Origin: Hyphochytrium catenoides
Taxonomy: Eukaryota > Protista > Hyphochytriomycota
Direction: 5' to 3'
Assembly (NCBI GenBank): GCA_900088475.1
Contig: FLMG01000960.1
Coordinates: 1-51,949 of the forward strand
DNA: 51,949 nucleotides
Positions 38,401 through 48,948 of the stretch are shown here, piece after piece. Under the pieces are notes generated by a model. The model saw only the letters and a list, made by a program, of their open reading frames with translations, ran no database searches and had not been told where the DNA came from. Made by a program: the position numbers and the translations under genes. Position 1 is the stretch's first letter. The number at the start of each line of letters is the position of its first letter.

Positions 38401-39358
38401 TCTCTCCTTAGAGTCTTCTCAAGCTCTGCAACTTTTGCCTTCAGTTCGACGATTTCTGCCGAGGTCTCGGTTTTAAGGGTCAACAGCCTTGCTGCATAAT
38501 CCTCACTGACTTTTCTCTCTGTATCCAGCTGCTCCTGGAGCTGGTTGACCCGATGAAGAGCGGGGAGAAAGTTCTCCTTGGCTTCCTCAAAGTAGCTGCG
38601 AAGAATAGCGGTCTCCTCTTGCTTCCTCCGCAGCTCTTCCTCAAGCTGCTTGTTTTTCTCTCTCAGATTATCTATAAGAGCTGGAATGCCTGATCTCGTT
38701 GCCCAAAGCTCTCGTAGTGTCTGGTATAGCTCCAGATCCGCGCTAGAGCTGGAGCTCTGCTGGTGGCTCCGATAATGCTCATCATACGCTGCTTTCAGAG
38801 CCAGAAAGAGATGGAAGTGATCATCTATTAGCTGGACGACGCCCTCCGGGTTTGGGGCATCCTCTATCTGCTCATCGCTCCTGATTCCCTTGGCACTGTT
38901 CCATGGAGCGTCAAACACGCCGCGGGCGTTGCCTTCTGCGCCTTCCAAAGGGGACACCAGGGCGCTGTTACCCATGATGGTAGATAAGGACAAGCGCTGG
39001 ACCTACAGTCTCAGTGCTTCGGTTTTTTCATCATTGAGGATGGTACACCGAGCACAACTCTACATTCCATGTGTAAAGTCTACATTAGGACCCTCCCAGG
39101 GGCTTTGCCTCGCCTGATGCGCACCAAGCGCTGTACCGATATTGGCGAAAGGCTCAACGAGGGCTGAGTTTCAGAGAATAAGTGGGATCCCGGCAGCGGC
39201 TTGTTGTTGTCTCTCGATGCCACGATAGACTCTTTCGTCTTCTCAACTTCGATCTCTCTCTTCTGCTCCCGTGTCCTCGCCATCAGTCTGCTGCTTCCGT
39301 CACCGTTACTGTCGCTACTCTCTGCTTCTTCTTCTCCGTCCTGCCCTCCCTGCGGCAC
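35446..39358 (-). CDS. Coiled-coil plus armadillo-repeat protein, multi-exon
   Basis: A coiled-coil exon (~38207-39002) is followed by ARM repeats: LLKALTNLTVRNALNKNLLIKSGALE, ATRSLANFAFGDPATQSLIVTSGG, ALSSLCYRCPANKNRAMDAGV. Introns are GT-AG and in phase. Start is either 39358 or 38975 (MGNS). Confidence 0.8.
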
Positions 39359-39398
39359 TGCAGGCTAGCAGCTAGAGAGCAGCTAGCAGTAGGCACTG

Positions 39399-39419
39399 TA
39401 ACCCTAGCCCTAACCCTAA
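39399..39419. promoter_or_regulatory. Short telomere-like CCCTAA array (telobox-like) in a divergent promoter
   Basis: taaccctagccctaaccctaa about 40 bp upstream of ATG 39358. Confidence 0.35.
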
Positions 39420-39894
39420 GTTGAGAAACACGAAAGGTCATAAAACGGTAGTACTTGACTTTCGAAGTCATGATTATCCTCGATGATCATCTTTTTTTAC
39501 CTTTATATATAGAATCACGCCAGGTATATCCATCATAAGCGGAACGATGAGCCAGGGTCTTACCCTCTTTCATCTTTCAAGGCCTTTGGCCTTCCATCAC
39601 CTGCAAGTGGCAGACTCGGTAGGCTCCACAGCCATCGCCCCAAAGGAAGTCAAAGACGAGCAGCCGAAGCCTCTTTCATATGGTCCCTGCATGCACACAG
39701 GCCTGAAGGGAGTTACGGGCTTCACTCTAGAGAAAGAGACAGTGCCGGCGGGAGAGAGGGAAAGAGATAAAGTTGGACTGACCAGGCAAAGAAAGATTAA
39801 GAAAAAGACAGAGAAGATATGAGTGAGAGCGTCGTGGCGCGGTAACTTTGGGGCAGAGCGGCAGATCGCAGTCAACGATGATGAAGAGCAGGAA

Positions 39895-41531
39895 ATGATG
39901 ACTATCAAAGAGCCACCAGCCCCTTCGCTGGCTTATCGATATGCTCCCTCTTGCACCAGTACCTTTTTCTTTGCCCTCGTCCTGGTGCTGGGCGACTTCA
40001 GCTCAGGAGCGACAGGTTAGGGCGTATGCAGTGTTAGGAGATGTCTCATCGCTGGGTTTGTTTGTCGCCATTGATGTTTTGGAGTCAGCTTGTGCATGGC
40101 TGTTCTTTCTCATTGACTTTGACGATTCCTTCGCCTCTTTGCTCTTACCGTCCAACTCCTGTCTCTCTTCAGGGCACTCTCTTCACTGGAACAGCTATCC
40201 AGGGGTCTCCGATCCTGGAGTAGCGGATGTGATTTCAGGCATCCAGCCCTTAGACCAGCCAATAATTCACATTCTGGACAATGCTGGGAGCATTGACACT
40301 TCTTTCAATGGCGAGGTATCGCAACTAACTATGTTGGAGCACATCCTCCAGTTCTCACAGTCTTCTGTATCTATCTCTTCCCCTCTTCACTGCGTCACGT
40401 GTCCTGTTTCACCTCTTGGGACGCCCCACTACCTCTCGACCTTAGTCTATCGGCCGACCTAGGATCTCTCCTCTTCGTCCCAGTCATCCATCCAGACCAC
40501 TTTCATCTCCAGGAGTAGTCTCGTCTAACCTCTTACGCCACTAGCTACGTAATCGTCTCTATCTCTCTGTCCTGTACCCATGCGTCAGGGCTGTCGTGTC
40601 GGGCTTTCGGGTACTCATTGGTTCACGTTGTTTAGGTAACAATAGAGGTGGAGAAGAGCCCCGTGGAGGGTCGGTTGGTTGGGACCAGCACTGTGTCCGC
40701 GTCTGATGGCATCGCGGTCTTTACGGACATCGTGCTGCAGCCTGGAGGAGAGTTTACTCTAAAAGCCATAGCTAATGTGAGCGGCATCGTCCTAACTGCC
40801 GCATCGCCAGCGATAATTGTGCAAGGTGCGATCTCTCTCTGTCTCCTTCTTTCCCCAGTCCAAACTCTTGAGGGGAGCGTACACCTCTGTGTCCGTTATC
40901 TAGGCAGAGTGAGTCGGGGTGAAGCTGTCCTGAACTTCCCATCCATGACCTGGGTTCCTACCAGATAAATGTTTCTTTTGTCAATGTCTCTCTCACCCTT
41001 CTTCTTCCTCTTCCTGTCTCTCCTGCGTCCAGTGGGACCCTTGACATCGTTCCGTTTCGTGGACGAGGACACCTATTTCCAGGTCATCGCCTTTGAGACT
41101 TGGCGCTTCAAGCTGCTTCCTCTGGACAGCGGACAGGGCAGACTGCTCACAACCGGCATCTCTGTGCAGCTGACTACTAACGCCACAGGTGTTGGACCAT
41201 CCACTATCACTTCAGTGAAGGGAAGGCTAGAGTGGCAGTTCACTTTCAGGTTGTGGATTTTCCCGTCTCTCCTTCCCCCTCCTTCATAGGGTAGTCGGCC
41301 CTCATAGCAACGCTCTCTTCTCTTTCCCCTTCCAGCTATCCTTGATCTCCCCCATTATAGTTGGAGGATGTGCCTCTCTCTCTCTCTCTCTCTCTCTCTT
41401 CCTTCTCTTCCTTCTCTTTCTCTCTTCTCTCCCTCTCTCCCTCTCTCTTCGTTCCTTTCGGCGCTTCCGGCTCGTCTGCCACTCGTTACTTACTAGGTCA
41501 GGATCTTCCTTACTCCTCTTTTTAAATGCTT

Positions 41532-41572
<41 letters not shown>

Positions 41573-42173
41573 CTCCTTCTGCGATTGGCATGTAGTTTGC
41601 CAGGTGTATACTCCGTGACAGCTACCGAGGCAGGGCAGGGTATCGTGAGGGAGACGGTGCTCGTTCGCGTGATCGTTGCTCTGAAAAATGTCAGGATATC
41701 ATTCCAGACTCAGCCTGTTGGCAACGTCCTTCCCGATAGCCCGATCACCACCTCACCTACGGTCAGGCATCTAGGCTCGATCTCTCCTAACTATCTTTCT
41801 AGCAATCACTTCCTCTTCTCTCTCTTCTGAAGATTAAACTGAACGTCAATTGCCTAGTCTAAGACGTTTTTCTCTTTAAGATGACAACCTTTGCCTGCCA
41901 TGTCGGTGGTTTGGACATCCTTCTACAGCTCAAGTTACCCCTTAGATCTTTCCCTGGGTCTAACAGAGCCCTTTTACTCTGTATCAGGTGATGCTAACAG
42001 ACGATAATGGTGCACCGCATCCCTTGACAGACCTGTCTATTGTGCTGACCAAGCTCTACGGCGGAGGAAGTTTGCACGGCGCTACAAGCGCCCGCGTGGG
42101 CTCAGACTCACGGGCAGTTTTCGGGCCTATTTCTGTAAGCAAATGCTAAGAAGACAGAGATACCGAGCGCACC

Positions 42174-42205
<32 letters not shown>

Positions 42206-45200
42206 AGTGAGAGAAAAGATGGCTCAGAGAAGGTCATCCCATGATCGCGGTGTAGTTAGGCTGCTATCTATGTGGTTGACTCCTGTCTCCTGGCTGTAAG
42301 GTTGACCAACCGGGCCCTTACGTTCTCACGGCTTCCTTGTCCCGAATGCCCTGGGTCACGGCGAATTCATCGGCTTTCCATATCCAAACACGTAAGCCAC
42401 TTAAGAGGAAGAGTGTCTGTTGTCGGCTGGCCATACCGGTCATCTCTGCTGGTCACTGACGGTCTATATATCCTGACAGCGGAAGTTAGGTTTGAGTACA
42501 CGTCCCTGGAGCAGTACACAGAGGATCTTGCATGTCCTGCAGGATTCACTAGCCCCGGCTGCCAGCAGCGTAAGTTCCATGTAACAGCCAACCATCTAAA
42601 GCTTGCGCTATCTCTCCTCTCCTCTTGCTACGTTCTCCCGCAGCGCCGACAGTCTGTTCTCCTAATATTCTTCTCCATCTGTCAAATCTAGTCTCTCTTA
42701 CGTTTGCTAGCTCCCGACAGTTGATAGCAAGAACTTCTTCTGATCGCTTCTTCATTGCAGGTGTCTGTCCTGAGGGTTTGTCCTGGTATTCCCCCGTCAC
42801 AGCCATAGATACTTCGCATGCACGAGCCACTTGCTCCAACAGGGTCAGACATGGACAGCCTCAAAATCTTCTGGCTCATGTTATTGCCTTTCCCCTTGGA
42901 TTCTTCGTTATTTTGAGAGATATGCTTATCGCAATCCTTGTAGCTCCCACTCTTTTACATTCCTGGTTCTGTGTCATTGTCACTCCAGCCCTTTATGTCT
43001 GCCTGGGCCACTAAAGCTTGTTGACGAGTAGGGAAGATGCCTCGGTGACGGCACGTGCCTTTGCGACTTAGGCTTTGAAGGCATCGCCTGCAGTAGATGT
43101 AAGAAGAGGGTCGTACGAGCAGAGAGCTTATCCCTGTCTCCCACTCGCATCTCTCCCCTCTTCTTGGGTTCAAGCGCGTTTTCTCCTATGCCGTCCGTCT
43201 CATTCGATCGAGCACCATTGATCTTTTCTAAGTTCTCTGTTGCTCGTTCCTGTCTCCGCATACGGCCTATAATTAGCGTCATGTCCGGTGGGGCGAGAAA
43301 ACCATCAGATCTGCAGCGGCAGAGGCCTTTGCATCTCTATCGGCGAGGCAGGGCAGAAGATGGGCTATCCGTACAACAACTGGGACACTGACAGCGTCTA
43401 TGGCTGCCTTTGTGACCCGGGTTGGCAGGGCCACGACTGCTCTGAAAGGTACGTGCCGAAGGCGCACAATGGTTGGCAAATGGGAGAGACAGTAGCCGAG
43501 GAGTCCTTAAGAGCACGAAGGTAAAGTGCATGATAGAGAGAGGGAAGAGACACATAAGGAACAGAAGGAGACCGACGAACCTAGACAGCAGAGGTAGAAT
43601 GACCCTGATGGCCCATACTGGACTCCGTCTTCCGCGTACATTTTGTCCTCTACCGCCAAGCAGAAGCTGTCCGGATGGCATAACAAATGCGTGGAACTTC
43701 CAGGTAAGGACAAAGATAGAGTGCAAAGCATGACACTTGAGGTACATCAACATGAAAGGGACGACGCGGCTTCACCAGAGGTCTGACAGCGAAGAGAAGG
43801 AAGAGAGATGGCCTGAGAGTGGGTGCATGTCTGCACGATTGAGGAAGAAGAGGAGACTGAGGAAGAAGAGGAGACAGAGGAAGAAGAGGAGACAGAGAGA
43901 GTAGTGAGACTGAAAGAGAGAGAGAGAGAGATTAAGACAGAGAGAGAGGGAGACTAACGAAATCGCGAAGAGCTAGCGTCCATGGATACGTTATCGCCAT
44001 AAGAGCTACATAGGTTCCTATGAGATGACTGAGTCGATAGGAGAAGACGTGACAAGATGGGGAAATCGAGACGGTCGCTAACTCTCCCTTCCAGCTCACA
44101 GCTCAGCAGCAGATTACCTGCCGCTGCAAATCCCCCTGCAGCGGCTCAATGTCTCTCTTGGTCTTGGGAACGCCGGTCACCGTTCCGCACTTTGCGACCG
44201 CTACGCTTGTGCGTGACCTCATTATGGTAGGGAACACTCTCGGCTACCGACAATAAACTTCTTGGTAGAGCTCAGCTATATGCATCTACACCTCTCTCTT
44301 GGAACATTGTCTGGGGTGTACTTCCCTTATATTTTTTGTAGGCGGCCGTGGAGGAGATCGATGACATCTCTGTCTCGTTCCTTGAAGGAGGAGTGGACAC
44401 TGCCTGTGGCTCTTCAGTGGCCCAGAACATTCTTCTTGACTTCACTCACACGCCAGGACCAGTCCCTCTGGTCACAGCCTCAGCTGCCAAGCTCAGATCT
44501 AACGCAGCGATTCCAATAGTGCAAGCCTCTACAGCTCACGGTAGGTGCTGCTTTCCCTCCTTCCTTCATTTGCATTCATCTTGCATTGACCTTCTCTCCC
44601 CCTGAGTTTACCTATCAATCCTCCTCTGGTCCATCTCCACCCTCCAGCAAGTTCCCTAATGGTGCTTTCTACCTCGTATCAAAGTGAGAAGCGGCTCTCA
44701 AGCCCGAGCGCCTTGCTCCGGCCACGGAGTTTGTTCCCTCCCTGAGGGAAGCTGTCAATGTTCTTCAGGTTATGGGAGTGGAGACGGTGCTGGTAGGTTA
44801 GGGAAGGGAGTTTGAGATCTAATGACAAGGCCTGACTAACAGTCGGTACGTCTCCTCAGCTGGGCCAGGACTTCGAGGTGACTGCAGTGTGCCTGTGCCC
44901 GCTCTTCCGCCGTTGCCTATGCCAATAGTCTACCTCTCAGTTCCTCCACCTACACCTGCACCGTTAACTTGTCCCACGGTAAGAACCAAACAAGGCCCTC
45001 TTGGTGGCTTCTCACTATCTCCCTCATTCTATGTCTACCGCCGTTGTTGATCGCCGATGCTAACTCTCGCCCTTTCTCGTTCATTGATCCGCCGACCATC
45101 GGGCATTAGGGGGTGGCATGGTTTGATGTGCCCTCAGGGGTGAACCAGGCGCATGCCTTGGCGTTATGCAGCAACAGTGGGACTTGTGATCGGTCCACAG

Positions 45201-46640
45201 GCCTATGTCTGTGCACTCCACCGTTCTATGGCCCTAACTGTCAATTCCTTAGCTGCCCCGACCATGGGAAATGCTCCGGTAGGTTCTCTTTCGCTCGCCG
45301 CCTCGAGCTTCTCCAGAACTCCCTTTGAAGAGCTACTTGACGGGAAGATACTCCCCATTGTCTCCCTCCCTTCGGTCCTCCTCGCATTATGCCAGTCTGC
45401 TCGAGTGACTCTTTTGTGGACTAAGCAGTACATTGCCCCTCGTTCACGCCTTCTTCCATCCAAGCTTTAAGATCATTTCAGTTATGCCATTAACTTGGCT
45501 CTTCAGTCTCATTCATTGTTAACCTTTCTTGCTTGCAAATGAAGGCCATGGACAATGTCAGTCCCTAAGGGTGGCTGGTAGGGTGCCCACGGCCTTCGGA
45601 GAGGTGCCCAATTTTGCTTACACAGGATGGGATGCTGATAAAATCCAAGGGTGCCAGTGCAAGAGGCAGTATATGGGACTGCTGGCTGGACATTTCGTTG
45701 ATTATAGAGGCCATGCCTGTCAAGAGATGAACTGCCCGTTTGGCGTTGATCCTCTCTTGCCCCCAGTCGCCCTGGTGACGGAGATCCAGGAAGTAAGTCC
45801 TAGAAGAGAGAGAGTGAAAATGGGAGGTAGCCATTGGGACGGAAGGATTGAGTCCAAAAGGGTTGAGTGCAAGTAAGAAGAGGCACAAAGTTTTAGAGCA
45901 TCGAGATCTAGGAAGGAAAGTTTGACTTAGGGAAACAGTCTAGCTGCAGGAGACGTAAGACACCATGCTCACTCCCTTATTCTGCTAAGATCTACTGCGA
46001 AGCGGACCGCGGCTACTTCTCTCTGGGTCTAGGCGGAACCGCCTCCACTAAGCGGCTGCGCTACGATATCACTGCGGCGAAGCTCCAGGAGACGCTCAAG
46101 TTGTTGATCAGGTGACGAGACCATTGCACTTCTCCAGTTTCTTCGTGCCACAAGAAGATGATCGTTCTTGCTCCCTACATGCAGCGGGATCGCAACTAAC
46201 GTAACCGCGATGCTCTCTTCCCAGCCGATGGCGAGGGCGGATGTCACCCAGCTCAATAGATATTTCCGTCTCCTATAACAATGGTCTTGCTGCTTGCAGC
46301 ACAGCAGGAGTCGGTAGGATTTTTGTCCAGTGGCCTCCTCAGCCTGCTCGCTGACTCTCTGCGCCTCTCTTACTCCCCATTAGTTACCACGGTCGCCTTC
46401 AACAATGTTCATGGAGACATCCCCGCATTTCGATTCAATCAGACAGAGTTACGCCTAGAATGGAAAGATGGTTTGATGGCAGTGACCGAGGTTGAGAAAG
46501 GAACTGCACAGCCTCAGACAGAGTGCTCAAATAGCGGCGAATGCGACCGAAAGACAGCGGTCTGTACCTGTCTGCCAGGCTTTGATCACATTAGTAAGGG
46601 GCTAGGCGAGACAGGAGAATGCGGTGCAGCTAAGTTCTAG
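39895..46640 (+). CDS. Secreted/surface protein with bacterial-type Ig-like domains and teneurin/tenascin-type EGF repeats, ~20 exons
   Basis: Hydrophobic N-terminus. Ig-like: QPIIHILDNAG..LVGTSTVSASDGIAVFTDIVLQPGGEFTLKA. EGF: HARATCSNRGRC..CLCDLGFEGIACSR, CSGRGLC..WDTDSVYGCLCDPGWQGHDCSE, HALALCSNSGTCDRSTGLCLC, WDADKIQGCQC, CPFGVDP, ECSNSGECDRKTAVCTC. Confidence 0.88.
43841..43894. repeat. 18-bp purine-rich minisatellite x3 in an intron
   Basis: gaggaagaagaggagac(t/a) x3. Confidence 0.9.
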
Positions 46641-46906
46641 CAGTGCTACCGGATGACACAGATCTGCACATGTCTCCAAAGATCTGATCACATTAGACAG
46701 CGGCTGGACGAGACAGGAGAATGTCCTTCACCAGCGAAAGCTATAAGTGACATGGAAGAAGAAGTGCCCTCTTATCTTATTATGGGTGGATAAGTAGGTA
46801 CTAGGTCTACTAGGGCAGCAGCAAACAAACCCTAATGGGAGAGAGACCCCGCTTATTTACTGCTCCCTCTCAAGCAAACGCCGGCTCAAAGTGAGTCTTT
46901 CTATCT

Positions 46907-47836
46907 CTAAGATGACTCTTTCTCTCCGAGCGGAGGTCCTTCGTCAGCCTCCAGGTCTGGAAGATCTGCTCAGGAAGAAAATAAGAGGTCAAGAGAGGGA
47001 GGAAGGAAACGGAGAAAGCTGAATGAGATGTGCCACTGATTGCCTCTTAAGGATAGCCAGACTTACCATCATCATCGCTGTCTTCCTCCTGTTCCTGGCC
47101 CATGCCTCCCATACCACCCATGCCTCCCATACCACCCATGCCTCCCATACCGCCCATGCCTCCCATACTGCTCATGAACTGAGACGGGTCCATTCCTCCG
47201 AAATCCTGAATCAAAGAAAATCAAAGAAAGAAGTATAAGCCGCGTGTATTCCTAGTTGAGCTAAGGACGGTTGCTCCTACCATTCCTCCGCCAAGAGCAC
47301 TGGTGTCGAAGCCAGTATCGTCGTCTTCGTCCTCATCTACGTACTTGCTCCAGTCGACCTTAACGTTGGTCTTCTCTAGCTGCTTGTTCTCCAATAGACG
47401 AGGCCAAAACTCTTCCTCCTTGTTCTTCTTCAATATGTGGAACTGAATATTTCTCTGGCCAACGCTCCATTTGCTTTTCTAGAAGCCACGGCACGATTAC
47501 GTAGTGTTAATTGAAGCTGCTTACTCGTGCAGATGGAACTGTCATCGAGCCCTATGCCAAAGTGTACCTCGTTCTCTGGATCTACAGGCTTGAGGAACTT
47601 AAGCTCCAAATTATAGTGCTTGCCGTTGCTCGTACCACTAAATGCAGGAGGATAAGCCGACTATGGGTCAGTCTAGCCCATGAGTAAGACTAGGACTCGA
47701 AACGGTACCTGAAGTTCAGCTTCTCAGGTGTTAACGATACCTTCTCGTCCTTTACATCTGGAAGATCAATGGTAATATATAAGGAGTCTTTTCTTTGAGC
47801 CCACTTGACCGGCGCCCATAGATCGTTTCCTGCCAT
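46907..47836 (-). CDS. PTGES3: p23 Hsp90 co-chaperone (CS domain; PTGES3/Sba1 family), 5 coding exons
   Basis: APVKWAQRKDSLYITIDLPDV..FWPRLLENKQLEKTNVKVDWSKYVDEDE..GGM repeats..DSDDDDLPDLE; probable 5'UTR intron ~47846-48043. Confidence 0.95.
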
Positions 47837-48420
47837 GTTGCCTAACTGTAACAAGGGTCAAGCGTGAGTTCAAGAAGCACTTGAATTAGCATCAAGAGTG
47901 AGCGCGCCTTAAGGCGGCAATGCTGTCGTGAAGCAGCAACGATATCAGGCTTGCCGGCTGGGCATGAACACTTCTTAGGAGGCACGAGGGAATAACTCTA
48001 GCCACACAAGTGCAACACATATCCCGCTGGCAATCTGCCTTACCTGCGGGAACCTAACACTTCCGGGCAAAAGACTACGTTCGTTCGTGACAAACTTCAG
48101 AATGTGCTGACAGCTTTCTGGAAGGCTTCAGATAGACGATAACCTCTTCCAGATCTGAAGCTGCGTGTTGAGCGCTTTCCCGAGGCCTGGCCGCGAAGCT
48201 CCAAGCAGCTTCATAGCTTCGGATGCAAGGATCTCGTAGTAATACGCCAAGACATCCTCTGATTGTCCTAGGTGGAAGACAGAGGTAGCGTCGTAGTAGT
48301 ATCAGAACGAGGTATTTCTGGAATCTCCCCATAAGCTCTGATAATCAGACTAAGATTCTTGCAGATCGAGAGATGCAGGAACTGTTTCCGGTTAAATGTG
48401 GTTGTACGTCGTAGGGTTAT

Positions 48421-48948
48421 GAACGCCTTCTCCAAGAGTCGTGACAGGAGGCTCCAGCCAGAGCGGAGCCAAGGCGAAGGCGAAGGCGAAGGCGAAGGCC
48501 CCAGCCATAGAGGAACCAAGAAAGGGAAGGCCTAAAGCTGCGCTAGCAAAGGCCGGATCATCTCCATCTTCTGATATACTCTACGTAACGCCAAGAGTAC
48601 TTCGGCGCAGCTCTAGAGAGAAGACTGTCTAACCCACGTTATTCAGTTCTCATCAATAAAGGCTAATAGGGGCCTCGAGTCGTGCAATCATTGTTTATAT
48701 ATCAGTGAAGCTCTATTAGCCTTTATTGATGAGAACTTAATAACGTGGGTTAGACAGTCTTCCCTCTAGAGCTGCGCCGAAGTACTCTTGGCGTTACGTA
48801 GAGTATATCAGAAGATGGAGATGATCCGGCCTTGCTAGCGCAGCTTTAGGCCTTCCCTTTCTTGGTTTCTCTATGGCTGGGGGCTTCGCCTTCGCCTTGG
48901 CTCCGCTCTGGCTGGAGCCTCCTGCCACGACTCTTGGAGAAGGCGTTC
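48421..48948. repeat. Long inverted repeat: arms 48421-48669 and 48713-48948, ~43-nt loop
   Basis: Arms are reverse complements with about 5 substitutions, a 12-bp GGCGAA copy-number difference and a 1-bp indel (counted by eye). Confidence 0.95.

Noticed and set aside
42272-42480. Apparent TG acceptor before VTDGLYILTAEV
   Set aside because: A canonical exon at 42301-42391 (VDQPGPYVLTAS...) plus the acceptor ctgacag explains the structure
47095-47170. 18-bp tandem repeat resembling a regular array
   Set aside because: It is the GGM-encoding tail of p23; there are no spacers, so it is not CRISPR-like
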